From assembly GCF_048593235.1 (NCBI RefSeq), contig NC_133620.1, forward strand, positions 28,987,772 to 29,051,771: a stretch of 64,000 nucleotides of DNA, written 5' to 3'. Below are positions 1 to 15,307 of the stretch, one piece after another (position 1 is the first letter of the stretch; every line of letters begins with the position of its first letter). Both the position numbers and the translations under genes were made by a program. The DNA comes from Sminthopsis crassicaudata. Its lineage: Eukaryota. The notes beneath the pieces are model-generated. The model searched no databases, was not told the DNA's origin, and was given only the letters and a program-made list of their open reading frames with translations.

Positions 1-3000
1 TTTTTGAGGGGTTGGCCCGTCCCCAGGCCCAGGCCGGCCTGGCTGTCCCTTCCACCGTTTTCTCCTCCGGTTTCCCCGCCTCTTTCTCCTGTCCTCCATG
101 GCCTCGTCTGTGCTGATGATGAGGTCGACATCATGGGACTGAGGGCACTGAAGCCCCAGGGGACACCAGCCATAAGCCTGAAAGATGAGAGGAGGTGAGA
201 AGAAAGGGGACTCTCAGCCCCCTTCCCCCCCACACCCCCCAGGAAGACACTCACAGAGAAGGTGTCACAGATGCTGGTGGTAGAGAGACTGGGGCTCAAT
301 GAGGGCTGGGCCTCGGGCACAGGGCAGCAGCGGTAGTCAATGTGGGCATCCATGCTGGAAGGATAGCTGCAGAACTCCAGGACCAAGTGGGGGGCTCCGG
401 CGGCCCGCTGCTTCCCGTTCTCCCGTTCACTGCAATCAGCACATGGTGGGTTTGCTGGGGCCTTCACAGCCCCCCCCCCCAGCCAGACCCCCCCATTTCC
501 CAGGCAGGATTGGGCTCCCTCACCACTTCCTGTAGGCATACTCCAAGTAGGAGGCCACAAAGCGGGCGTGAAACTCAGCAGCGTACTTGGTATCATAGAT
601 ACCGGCCGGGAACATCTCAAAGAGGTCGGCAGTGAACGTGACCAGTTTATCGGGCAGGTGGGCATAGAAGCTCTGGTAGAGGAAGGCCAGGTCGATCAGT
701 CCGTTGTGCAGCACCAGCGGCCGGCGGGCGCGGATCAGCTCCAGGAACAGCATCCGCACCCCCTGGTTGTGGCTCTCATCCCCCTGCAGGCCACGGAAGA
801 AAGGGGTAGGTAGTTCCACTGCCAGTGGCCGCTCTGCCTTGGCTCCCCCCATGGACCCAGCCCCACTACCTTGCCACAGAGAACCCAGCCAGGCCTGGGA
901 GGCGAAGCCTCTGGCCAGCACAGCCATGCGCGCCTCCTACCTTGTCATCCCCTTTGTGGTAAGGGATGCCCTGCGTGTATTGGCGGTTGAAGTCAAAGCC
1001 GTGCTGCACCAGGAACTGGACCGACTGCGGCTCAATGACATACTCTTGCATGCACAGCAGAGTGAGGTTAAACACTTGCACGAGGTAACTGTGCTCAGCC
1101 TGGAGTGGGCCAGAGATGGAAGAGAGGCCTTAGGCCTAGGCCTGGCCCCGACCCCGACCCCCCTCCCCCAGTCCCCAGCTGGCTTCATGCAGCCCCGCTA
1201 CCTTGCACCTCTGCCTCTTGAAACAGGCCAGGCCCAGAGAGAGGACAGAACGTGTTCGGGCTGCACGGGACACGGCTTTATATCGCTCTTCGATGCAACT
1301 GAGGGCAGAGAAGATGCCCCCAAGTGGGGTAAGGAAAGCCTAGCCCCCATTCAGAACCCTGCAGCCCCCTGCTCTGAGCCCCAGCCCCCATTTGGAACCC
1401 TGCAGCCTCCTGCCCAGGGGCCCAGAACCCTGCTGCCCTCTGGATGGATCCCTGCAGGATCCCTCCCAGAGCTCTGAGCTGAAGCCCCTGCACACCCGGG
1501 GCAAAGGCACAGACTTGACTCACTGATTCAGCAAATTCCTCCTCTCCCCAAGGCCGCTCAGCTCCTGCGGGAAGCAGAGGAGACCGTGAATGGGGGCAGG
1601 CAGGCAGGCCCTGCCCCAGCCCAGCGCGGCGGCACCCCCCGGCCCTCACCGTGTCCACAGCTACAAAGCTGGCCGTCTTGATTGCCAGGAGGATGGAAGG
1701 CCACATGTCCTTGAAGTTGTCCACCTGCACGTCCACCACAGGCACCCGAACACGAGGCGCCGCGAGTTCCATTCCACCACCTGAGGGAGGAATGGGAACC
1801 ATGGAGGCCAGAGCTGCAGCCAGGAGTCAGCCCTGACCAGGCCCGATGCCAGCAAAACCCGCGATGGTCGTGAGAACGCCAGCTCGGGAGTCTCCGAAGA
1901 AGGGCCCGGTGGCCACAATGCCCCTGTGAGGCCCAGAGCCCATGCGCCAGGGAGAGCGTGGCTGCCGAAGGCCACTCCCAGGCCGGGACGCTGGGTCATC
2001 TGCGAGGGGCCTGGACGTAGAGCCTCAGCTCCACCCCTGCATAAAAGAGGGGGCCCGGCAGGGCAAACTCCTGGGGGTGCCCATCTTGTCAGACGCCCCC
2101 TGAGGCACCGCAGATGAAAGTGTCTAGAGGATGCAGGAAGGGCTGGCAATAAAGAGGACTCCGAGTTTCTAGACACCTGACCACCCCCATTTTACAAGGG
2201 AGGAAACTGAGGCAGAAAGGTTAAGTGCCTTGTCTGGGCCATGTCTGAGGCCAGGTGCACTACCTGCTGTACCTGGAGTTTGCCTCATGTTACAGAGCCG
2301 GAAGCAGCGACCGCCCTTCCTACGTGCCCATCACCATCTTCGGGCATGGCGCCTACCTGCCACCCCTGTGGACTAAGCCCTAAGCCAGGGCACGCTGGCT
2401 TCCGCTCTGATGACCGAACTGCCACCAAGCCACACGCTGTCATCCTATGTGATGTATGGAAACCCTTCTGGGCATAGGCATCCCCGGGCTCAGTTACCCC
2501 AGGCCTGGCAGTGGGGGCTCTTGGGCGATCCAGGCCATGTCCCTCTGCCCCTCATCCTTGGGGCAAAGGCTGGCATCACCAGCGACCCCAGAGGCGACCC
2601 CAACCTGCCCGGCCTCCCCCTAGGCCCCATCTGCCTCTCCTCTGGTCACCTTCCCTGCCCCTTCTGGTCTTTTGTCCCTCTCCTGGGGTCCTCATCATCT
2701 CCCATGCCAGTCCACTCTGCCAACAAGTCTGACCCGTCACCACTCAGACACCTACAACCTCCCGAGTCCTTCCCTACCCAGGTCCAGCCTACCTTCTAGC
2801 ATACAGTAGGCACTTAATAAAAGCAGAACATAAAGCAGACATTACTCCCCTCGTGCGCTCTTTGGTCCCCCCACATTGGCCTGGCTGGCTGCCTTGCCAC
2901 CTCTGACATCTACCCGTCTCCTGCTCTCCCTGGGCTGGTCCCGGTCTCCCTTGCTTTGCCCAGGCAGTGCATCCCCGTGCCTGGATGCCCACCTCCCCCA

Positions 3001-3939
3001 TGGCACCTCCTTTGCTAGACCCCCCTTCTGTGACCTCACACTTGAATGCCATCTCCCCTGACAGGGGCAGCTGTGGTGCTTAATAAATGTTTAGTGACTA
3101 AATCCTCTGACCTAAGCCCTGGAGGGAAAAGGGCTTGTTCCCCCCCAACCGTCCATGGAGATGACGCTCCCCTGCCTGGCCACAGGCCTCGTCCAAATTA
3201 AACCCCTCATTTTACAGACTGGGAAACTGAGGTCCGGGTCCAGTCTAGCCCACACAAGTAGTGGAGCAGCCCTGCTTGCGGAACCTCAGAGAGGGGGTGC
3301 CCTACCACCTGCCAAGGATGCCCCTTCCACGCTGGGCTCCTTCCTCTCCCTGGGCCTCGTTCTCATCTGTAAAATGGGCAGAGAGGGAACTTCATTGCTC
3401 AAAGGACCTTCCAGTTCAGGCTAAAAGAAGCCCCAGGCATCCAGTTCCTGCCTTCACCTAGTTCTCAGGAAGTCTACCTGCCCTGCCTGCCCCCACCTCG
3501 AGGACTACAGCTCCCGGCATGCCTCGTTGGCTCCAAGGCCACAGCTCCCGGCATGCTCCGAAGCGCCCACAGCTAAGGGAAACTGCGGTGTACGCTGGGC
3601 CTTGTCACTATCCCGCCTCCAAAGCCATAGGGTCGCTGACCCTGCCCTCGGGGTCACAGCCGCCGCCAAGCTTCGAAGCGCCCCACTGCTTAGCAACCCC
3701 ACAGGCCGAAGAATCTGCGGTGCGCGCTGGGAATTGTAGTCACCCCTGCCCCAAGGCATCCCTGCCAGCATCTGCGTGCTCCAGACCGGCCGCGTTCCCT
3801 CCCGGCCCTTCCCCCTCCCGCTCGTGTCCTCACCTTTGTGGCTCTTTCGCTTGATCCCTGTAGTTCCGCTGGTGTATTGCGGGGCCTCGGCATCGGCCTC
3901 CGTCTCCGTCTCCGTCTCCGTCTCCGCGCCAGCGGCCAT
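1..3939 (-). CDS. TOE1: Target of EGR1 protein 1 (DEDD deadenylase/snRNA 3' exonuclease with CCCH finger); 8 coding exons, last exon runs off the window start
   Basis: Exons (minus): 3939-3834, 1780-1650, 1564-1524, 1298-1202, 1099-941, 783-524, 429-255, 177-<1. All introns GT-AG with consistent phases. Peptides [101 protein letters not shown] and [20 protein letters not shown] match human TOE1 as I recall it. DEDD residues, CCCH finger and basic NLS are visible. Confidence 0.96.
3503..3741. promoter_or_regulatory. Three ZNF143/THAP11-type (ACTACA..TCCCAGCATGC) motifs
   Basis: GACTACAGCTCCCGGCATGC at 3503-3522, a related copy GCCACAGCTCCCGGCATGC at 3538-3556, and GACTACAATTCCCAGCGC on the minus strand at 3724-3741. 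This motif class is typical of bidirectional promoters. Confidence 0.65.
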
Positions 3940-4330
3940 AACGCCTCAGCGGCCCAGGGCGGGGACTTGGTTTCCTCCAGGAGGTGCAGCTGCTCCGCCT
4001 GAGCGCCGCCCCACACTTCCTGATGCTCAGGGCCTTGATAAGTGCAGAAGGCGCGCAGAGGGGCAGGCTGGGACCTCGAGACCCTAATGCGGGACTGGCG
4101 TGCGCTGGGCGCCCATTGGCTCCCGCATCGAAACCCCGCCCCGAGCTCCCAGTCAGGCTGTGATTGGCCAGAGCTCCCCGCCTCCCCCAGGCTTTCCGCG
4201 GGAACCGGGAACCGGGAACCGTGAATAAGGTTTGTCCAGAGCCCAAGTGCTCTCCCCTGTGACTCGTCCCGCGGCCCCCTTCCCCCCCGCGCCTCATCCA
4301 TCCCCCCCAAGCTAGATGAATCTACCGTAG
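3940..4330. promoter_or_regulatory. CpG-island bidirectional promoter shared by TOE1 and MUTYH
   Basis: CpG-dense region between the divergent starts, with two ATTGG (CCAAT) boxes near 4115 and 4163 and GC boxes. The head-to-head arrangement is as in human. Confidence 0.7.
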
Positions 4331-4989
4331 CTCACGCTGGTCCTCCCCACACTGCTCCCCCCCTTGCTAGTCCATCACTTCACACAGGCGCCCAAAGCGT
4401 CCTTCCTGGAGGAGCCACCAGCGCCTTCCCTTGTCCAGAAAGCTGGGGGGACTGCTGCCCCGGAGCTTCCGCAGGAAGGGTGGCCGGGAGTCACACGCGC
4501 GGGTGGGTGGGCCGCGCCACGTGCTGTGGATGCCCGGAAGAACCGCAGCGGGGGAGGGGGGGAAGGGGGGGAAGGGGGGGAGGGGGGAAGGGGGGGAGGT
4601 GGAACCAATCCCACTCCTGGGCTTGGAAGAGCCCGGGAGCTTCCAGGGCAGGAGCCCCAAGGTGGCTTTGGCCGCGGTCACACCTGGCGAGGACCAGAGA
4701 GGGCGGCCTGGGCCCAGAGATGAGAAGTGACGCTTCCGATCCTGGGGGGGGAGGAGCACAACCCTCCAGCCCCAGCCAAGGGAGGGGGGCGGTGCCGCCC
4801 CGTGCCGGCTTCCAGCTTGGATCCGGTACCGCATCCAGCAGAGGCTCAGGGGGTCCCGAGCCCGGGCTGTCCTGGAGGTGGGACAAGGGCCAGGCCAGAG
4901 CCGGGCCCCAGCTCCTGGTGGGGGGAGGGGGCCCCCAGTCTGAGCCGAGCTGTCGGTCATGGTTACCTCACACGCCCGCTGTCAGTACT

Positions 4990-5268
4990 GGCCGCCCCTG
5001 GGAGGGAGGGGTCCCTGGCCCAGGGCGGCGCGAGCCGAGGCCGCCCCTGGGGACGAGGGGTCCCTGGCCCAGGGCGGCGCGAGCCAAGGCCGCCCCTGGG
5101 GACGAGGGGTCCCTGGCCCAGGGCGGCGCCCGAGGCCGCCCCTGGGGACGAGGGGTCCCTGGCCCAGGGCGGCGCGAGCCGAGGCCGCCCCTGGGGACGA
5201 GGGGTCCCTGGCCCAGGGCGGCGCGAGCCGAGGCCGCCCCTGGGGACGAGGGGTCCCTGGCCCAGGCC
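4990..5268. repeat. 49-bp GC-rich minisatellite, about 6 units, upstream of MUTYH coding exon
   Basis: Unit GGCCGCCCCTGGGGACGAGGGGTCCCTGGCCCAGGGCGGCGCGAGCCGA starts at 4990, 5039, 5088, 5134 (after a 46-bp variant), 5183 and 5232 (partial). Confidence 0.95.
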
Positions 5269-5388
5269 GAGGCCGGCCCGGGCCGGGCTCCCAGGTGATG
5301 GCCCAGGGCGCCTTCCCTGACTGACCTCGGTCCTGACCCAGGTCGGAGCTGCCTCCGCGAGGCCCAGGGACTGACTCCAGAGCTGGCC

Positions 5389-8894
<3,506 letters not shown>

Positions 8895-8984
8895 TTGTAC
8901 TGACCCGACAATGGGGCAGCTGCCCCTTCCCCGGCCTCCCTCCTTAACCTGGCTGCAGGTCAGCAGTGAGCCTCCTTTTGTATA

Positions 8985-8990
8985 AATAAA
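8985..8990 (+). terminator. MUTYH polyadenylation signal
   Basis: AATAAA about 90 nt after the stop codon, followed by a T-rich tract. Confidence 0.75.
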
Positions 8991-9199
8991 GGATTTTTTT
9001 TTTACGTCTCTCCAGCCCCTTCTTGCCACTTTCTCTTTCCAAGAGGGCAAGCAGAAGGTGCCCGGGGACAGCTGTTGGGGACAGCAGCCTGGCTATGCAG
9101 CCTCCAGAGCTGTTCCCTTAGTTAATTCCTGATGAGCACCATTTTTAAGTAGCCAGCTTAATCTTCTCTGGTTGCTGAAACTGGTTCTTTTTCTTTCTT

Positions 9200-9660
9200 T
9201 ATTTTTTTTATTAAAGCTTATTATTTACAAAACACATGCGGGGGTAATTTTTCAACACTGACTTTTGCAAAGCCTTCTGTTCCAACTTTTCCCCTCCTTT
9301 TCCCCACCCCTTCCCTAGATGGCAGGTAGCCCCATGCATGTTAAATCTCTTAAAATATATGTTAAATCCCACATATTTTCACACATACTGGACTGCCTGC
9401 CATCTGGGGGAGGAGGTGGGGGAAGGAGCGGATAATTTAGAACAGAAAGCTTTGCAAGGATCACTGTTGAAAAAAGTGCCCATGTATGTTTTTGTAAACA
9501 AAAAGCTTTAATAAAAAAAATTAAGTTAATCACTAATTTCAAAAACTATCCATGTTAAATCCCATGTGTATATCCATATTTATACAGTTATCTCACGATA
9601 CAAGAAAAATCAGATCAAAAGGGAAAAAAATGAGAAAATAAAATGCAAACAGTAGACATG
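9200..9660. mobile_element. Two L1 3'-end fragments in opposite orientation
   Basis: 9204-9340 is the approximate reverse complement of about 9385-9520. Both resemble the L1 3'UTR/tail seen at 22100-22240 and 62050-62200. Confidence 0.65.
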
Positions 9661-10920
9661 CTGTGTGAAACCAGTTTGCAAAGGGCGGGGATAGGGCATG
9701 AATTCATGCCAAACACATCCCTCCTTTCAGTAAGAAAGAAGGCTTTTGCAATGGGCACAGGGTGAGTTTGCCACAGGGCACAGGGGTTTTGCAGTGCTAG
9801 CCGGGGCTCAGTGGCTCACCTCGCCTTTGCTTCAGGTGGAGGGAAGCCCGGCCTCCAACCTTGGTCCGGCCTCCCTCACCAGTGGGCAGCAGTGGGCACA
9901 GCTGGGAAGAATCTTGCCTTTCTCCCCATCTTGAACTCTGCCCCCATTCTCCCTAACCCAGTGCTGCCAGACCTCCTCCTGTTCTGGGCCTGAGGTTCTC
10001 GGGCTGCAAAGGCTTCTGGAAACCTCCAAGGAACTGCGTCCTCTTAGCCAGGGGGACAGCAGAAGCTCACTTAAGATCTGCAATGGTCCCGGCTAGCTCC
10101 TCTGAAGGGCTCAGAATAAGTCCTTAAATGCGAAGGTCTGGGCTAGCTCCTCTGAGTGATAATATCTCATTATCTCATTAGCACTTAGTAAGAACCTAAC
10201 AAAGATCCCCTGGGAAAACGATGTCATTGCTGCCTTCTGGCTTTGTAGCAGTTGTTCCCCAGCCCGCCATGGAGCTCTTCCTTATGGTAAAAGCCAAAAT
10301 AGCCGCCACAGAAAGTTCATCCAACAGTATGTGCAGGATTGCTCCCCGCTGGCCCCCCACCTCTGCAGTGAGAAAGGAAGGCTATCCCTAGCTCTCCTCT
10401 GGAACCTTCAACTACTACGCCCAGCTCCAGGCCCCAGTGACCTTTCCCAGAGGCCTCTGAGTGGTGCTATAGTGCACTCAAATGTGGCTCCAGACACTGA
10501 TTAGCAGTGGAAGGAGAAGGGCAGCCAGTGGGGAGGGCTTGGCAGGTTTTCCAGCCTGGATGAGCCTCCTCTGCTTTGTTCAGGTTCCTGCTACACGGTC
10601 CTAGCCAGCCCTTTCATTCCCGCAGGGAGCCTCCCAGCGGGACAAATCCCCCCAGCCCACCCCGGTGGAAACCTCTGCTGGGGCAGGGAGAGGGAAAGGT
10701 GCTGGCCCAGAGCCTCATTTGGGTTTTGAGCCCAGGACTTCCATGTTACTGCCTGCAGGCCGTGCACCCAAGTGCCGGAAAATAGGAGGTGTGTCCCAGC
10801 GGGCTGGACTCAATGGGATTTCCCGGGAGATTCTGAATTGGTCAGGAGCGCTTCTCTGTGGTCTTTACTAGTGGACAATTCTTATGAAATTGAAATTGGG
10901 GCAAGTCGGTGCCCGGGAAT

Positions 10921-11100
10921 AGAGCACCAGTCCTGGGGGCAGGAAGACCGAGTTCATTCAAATCTGGCCTCAGACACTTCCTATCTGTGTGACCCTAGCT
11001 AAGTCACCAAAATTCTGTCTCATCTGTAAATGAGCTGGAGAAGGAAGTGATAAATCACATGGCTTTGCCAAGAAAACTCCAAATGGGCTCACAAATCAGA
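10921..11100 (+). mobile_element. MIR/MAR1-type CORE-SINE
   Basis: GTTCAAATC-like B-box region, core TGTGTGACC..CTCATCTGTAAA, and tail GGAGAAGGAA..TTTGCCAAGAAAACTCCAAATGGG. Confidence 0.65.
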
Positions 11101-11134
11101 CTCTTAGGCTGTATATATGTCTATTCCTCTATTA

Positions 11135-11278
11135 TTTTTGTACTGAGGCAACTGGGGTTAAGTGACTTGCCCAGGGTCACACAGCTAGGAAATATTAAGT
11201 GTCTTAGGCTGGATTTGAACTCGAGTTCTCCTAACTTCAGGGTGTGATGCTCCATCCACTGTGCCACCTAACTGCCCC
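11135..11278 (-). mobile_element. Marsupial CORE-SINE (WSINE/MAR-like)
   Basis: GAGGCAACTGGGGTTAAGTGACTTGCCCAGGGTCACACAGCTAG..GGATTTGAACTC..CCACTGTGCCACCTAACTGCCCC. A near-identical core recurs at about 12490-12600 and 28230-28270. Confidence 0.75.
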
Positions 11279-12644
11279 TTGTCAAAGAAAATGCCATTGT
11301 GAAACAGACTGTCGCACGATTGAACCTCCACATCTGGTGCCAATGGCTCTCATCATTTGGTGTGCTGACAGTAAAACTCATCACTCTAGATAATAATTCA
11401 CTATAGCAGATAATGAACTTGATATATCCTAGATCAAAGAATAATCCTTTAAAATAATAATTAGGGACAGTTGGCTGTGTGACCCTGGGTAAGTCACTTA
11501 ACTCCAATTTTCTCGGCAAAAACAAACAAAAAAAGGTAGTTTATATAGAAGTTACAGACAAAATAAAAAGGTAAAATAGGCACCAGGAGAGGTAAAGATG
11601 AAAGAGCTGGGAGAGCTGGGAGTTAACAAGAAAAGTGTTTTTCACAATTAAGAGTGGGAGTCAAGTTCCCTAGTGCACGGCACAATGACTCAGGAGAAAG
11701 GGAATACTCGGAGCTGGAGTGTGGCATTGATTGGCTATAGGAAGGCGAAAGATCCCTAGAGGCGTGGGGGCGGAGGAGAGGAGTGAAAGGACAACTGGAG
11801 GTGGGGTGAGAGAAAGATACCCTGGGGCCTGGGATGGATTTATGGGGCAACTTTAACTTTGCATCTGATTGAATACAGTTAAAGTGAGATTAGCCAAGAC
11901 CTCTCCCTGGGGGTGGGACTGGAAGATTATGCTAATCCCCAGTGCCCTTCCCTGCTTGCCTTGGGGAGTAATCTCTGCAGTCCTGGCTTTCCCACTGAGA
12001 GGCCAGGACCTCCGGGAACAGTTGGAACTCTGGGAACATCCACAGGCTCGTGCATCTTGCCTAATTTGGCCACCACCCTCCTCTTTTAGTTTCCCCAAAG
12101 AGTGCGCGTGTCCTTCTCTAACTTGGGGTTGCCAAGTCCATAAGCCCACTTTAGTCACTTTCTAATTGCCAGCTGCCACCCAGAAAAGAAGGTCGTTCAT
12201 GCAGCAGGAGAGCTGGCTTCCCACAGGCCTTCAGCACGGACTGGCTCTCACCATCCCTGCCCACTTGCACGGAAGTGAAACCGAAGGGGCTTTCATTTGC
12301 CCTTCTCTTCCCATAGCCATCTGGGCCTTGGCGGCAAAACCGTTATTTTGTCCCTTTTGATTAAGGGTCCCTTCGTGTTGACAGCCCTAAGTATGAGGGG
12401 AGCCAGACTTTTATCAGTGACATCAGGTGCAAGTTTTTTTCTGTTCCATTCAGAATTATCAGTGACTAAATTAGCTTTTCTTTCTCCTGATGCAATTGGG
12501 GTTAAGTGACTTGCCCAGGGTCACATAGCTAGGAAGTTTTAAGTGTCTGAGGTCAAATTTGAACTCAGATCCTCCCGACTTCAGGGCTGTCCACTGCGCT
12601 TTTCTAATGTCTAGACACCATTTAGGCGAAACCTATTAGTTTTA

Positions 12645-13255
12645 TGTGGGGAACTGTATATTAGTCATATTGTCTCCCTGCCCGGGGGTCCGGGTCTCCC
12701 ACTCTGATGGCCTCTGCCCAGGGCCCCCAGGGCACATGACCCCATAGTAACCCACATTTCCCCAGGGGTACAAGTTTGCCAGTTACTTCCCCCAAAAGGG
12801 CAAATGTAAACACTTGGCCGAGGTGTGGTCCAGGTGAATGAGATGAGATCTTTCAAGACAGTTGTGAAAATCAAGTAAAGCTTCATCTACTTCAGTATTT
12901 GAGTAGGCCTGAAGGACAGTGAACATAGAGTCAAGGGAATAATTGCGTTCCCCTCTCATACCTCCTCCCCATGTCAGCCAAATATGGGCAACTATGTACT
13001 TATTGGTCAAGTTCAATTTCATGGGCAGATCTCGATTTTAGAATGTAAGACTCTCAGCCAATGAGGATGAGGGTCAATGGTGGGAGGGGGTGTTTGCATT
13101 AGGGATTAAAGGTGCTGTCCTGCCCACCGGAGGTGCTTCCTCTCTTGATTGTCTACTCCCAGTGGGAAGCTCTTCTCGGATTTTCTCTAGTGCTCTCTCC
13201 AGCTTTTTATTAAGTGGTGACCCCCTCACCATTTCCGTACCACACAAGGGTGACA
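12645..13255 (+). mobile_element. Possible degenerate solo LTR
   Basis: Begins TGTGGGGA, contains CCAAT (CAGCCAATGAG near 13056) then a TATA-like GATTAAA, and ends near CCACA/GTGACA. No TSD found, so support is weak. Confidence 0.25.
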
Positions 13256-13554
13256 AATGGAGGGGCGGATCTCACCAGGATCTCTTGAGCCGCCTCAGGC
13301 GGGATTTGGCCTAGAGCCCGGGAAGGGGCGGCGCCCTGGCACACCTGCTCCTACCTCGGTAGCCCAGCCTTCGGTCCACTTTCTGCTATCAGACTAGCCT
13401 GGGTCTCGAGTGTCTCGACAGCCTTCCCCAGGAAGCTCCAGCCTGGGACACCTCAGCCCCGGGTGAGGAGATGCCTCCCTGTCCCCTTTGCCCACGCCAC
13501 CCCCACCCCAGCCCAGGGGTAGTTAGAGACAGAAAATGGGGAGCTTTGGGAGGC

Positions 13555-13560
13555 TTTATT
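13555..13560 (-). terminator. HPDL polyadenylation signal
   Basis: TTTATT on plus (AATAAA on minus), about 570 nt past the HPDL stop. Confidence 0.6.
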
Positions 13561-14131
13561 AGCAGGGGACGGAAGATAAGGGGCCGAAACGGGAACCCCA
13601 AGAAAGTGCCTTCCCTTCCCCAGGGTCCCTCCCACTCAGCCTTCAAGAGTTCCCAGTTGCGGGTCGCCACTCCCATGGCTTAGGGCCCCGGGCCAGCTCC
13701 TGGCACCAGCCTGTGCCAATCATCACCCCGGGCCGGGGAGAAGGCCCTGCGCCCCTCAGGCTAGGGAGTCAGGAACTAACCGCAAAGGGCACTGGGGCCA
13801 AGGTTAGGAGGCGGCCGGACTCTGGGGGGAGGGCCTCGGGAAGCAATTATCCCAGAGAAACCGCCAAGGGCCAAGTCCAAAGTCAGAGGAAGCTACAGGC
13901 AGAAACCAGGTCTGATGAGAAGGAAGGCAGCGGCGGCGTGGCGCCCGTTTCTGGCAGAATTTCGGCCATGGCCCTGTCTCTTCAGGTAGGCAAAGGCAGC
14001 CGGGCTGCGCCCTTGGATAGAAGAGGGGGCAAGGCTGTGCCCACAGGCCGGAGGGGGTTGGGCTGCGGGGGGAGGGCTCCGGCGGCTGAGGGTGGGTGGC
14101 ACCGAAGCGGGGCGGCGAGGTCCGGCTTTCC

Positions 14132-15307
14132 TCAGCGGGGCTGGCGGGCCCCCTGCAAGTCGGCCAGGTGCTTCTCCAGGGCCTCCCACAGGGCTCGGAT
14201 GTTGCCTTGGCCAAAGCCCGTGGCCCCCCGCCGCTGGATCAGCTCCAGGAAGAAGGTCTCCTCGGAGAAGAGCGGTTTGGTGAAAACCTGCAGCAGGTAG
14301 CGGGCGCCGTCCCCGCCCGGGCCGCCGTCCCTGTCCAGCAGGATGCCCAGCTCGGCCAGCTTCGCCACCTCTTGGCCGGCCGCCAGGATCTGCTCCACTT
14401 TGCCGGCCTGCCGGTAGTAGGCGTCGGGAGGGGTCACCAGGCTGCCGCCGGCCTCCGCCACCCGACGGGCCGAGTCCAGGACGTCCCCGGTGTAGAGGCC
14501 CACGTGCTGCAGGCCCGGGGCCCCGTGCTGCGCCAGGAAGACCTCGACCTGGTCCCGGGCCCCTGACGGGCCGGGCAGGGACTCGCCCAGCACCAGCAGC
14601 GGGGCCTGGCTGCCCGGGGGCGCCTGCAGGGAAGTCAGCCGCAGGCCCCCGGCCCGGCCGGCCCGGATCTCCAAGCCGCGCTCGGGGTGGTCATCGGCGG
14701 GGTCTAGGCTGAAGCGGCGGAAGCCCAGACACTCCTGGTACCAGCGCCGCCACGAGCTCGAGCTGCCCCGGGGGCAGGCCAGCGCGATGTGGTCCACGTG
14801 ACTGAACCAGTGGCCCGGGCCGGGGTCGGGGCCGTCGGGGCCGCCGCAGCCCTGGAAGCCCGGCAGGAAGGGCCCCCGGTAGGCGCCCCGCTCCAGCAGC
14901 GTGTGACTCAGGTTGCCCACCGGGGAGCGCACCACGGCGTAGGTGACGGCGCCCTGGGCGTCGGCCACGGCCCGCGGCGGCACCGCCACCTGGCAGCCCA
15001 GCTCCCGCAGCGCCCCGACGGCCCCCCGCACGTCCGCCACTTCGAAGCACACGTTGGAGGCGGTGGGCACGGCGTGCGCGGGGTCCACGTCGTAGAGGGG
15101 CCCCTCGCGGCCGGCCCGCGAGCCGGGCGCGCTCTCGTTCACCAGAAACACGGCGTCCCCGCTGCGCAGGGCCAGCTGCCGCCAGCCGCCCGCCTCCCGC
15201 ACGGCCACGGGCCGGAAGCCGAAACAGCGCTGCAGGTCCCGCGCCAGGGGCTGGCCGCGGGGGACGTGCAAGGAGATGTGGCACAGGCGGCCCACGGGGG
15301 CGGCCAT
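14132..15307 (-). CDS. HPDL: 4-hydroxyphenylpyruvate dioxygenase-like protein, single exon, 391 aa
   Basis: gccgccATGG Kozak start. [66 protein letters not shown] and [23 protein letters not shown] match human HPDL as I recall it. Fe-binding His/His/Glu triad present; intronless as in human. Confidence 0.96.
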   Translation of the reverse strand: MAAPVGRLCHISLHVPRGQPLARDLQRCFGFRPVAVREAGGWRQLALRSGDAVFLVNESAPGSRAGREGPLYDVDPAHAVPTASNVCFEVADVRGAVGALRELGCQVAVPPRAVADAQGAVTYAVVRSPVGNLSHTLLERGAYRGPFLPGFQGCGGPDGPDPGPGHWFSHVDHIALACPRGSSSSWRRWYQECLGFRRFSLDPADDHPERGLEIRAGRAGGLRLTSLQAPPGSQAPLLVLGESLPGPSGARDQVEVFLAQHGAPGLQHVGLYTGDVLDSARRVAEAGGSLVTPPDAYYRQAGKVEQILAAGQEVAKLAELGILLDRDGGPGGDGARYLLQVFTKPLFSEETFFLELIQRRGATGFGQGNIRALWEALEKHLADLQGARQPR

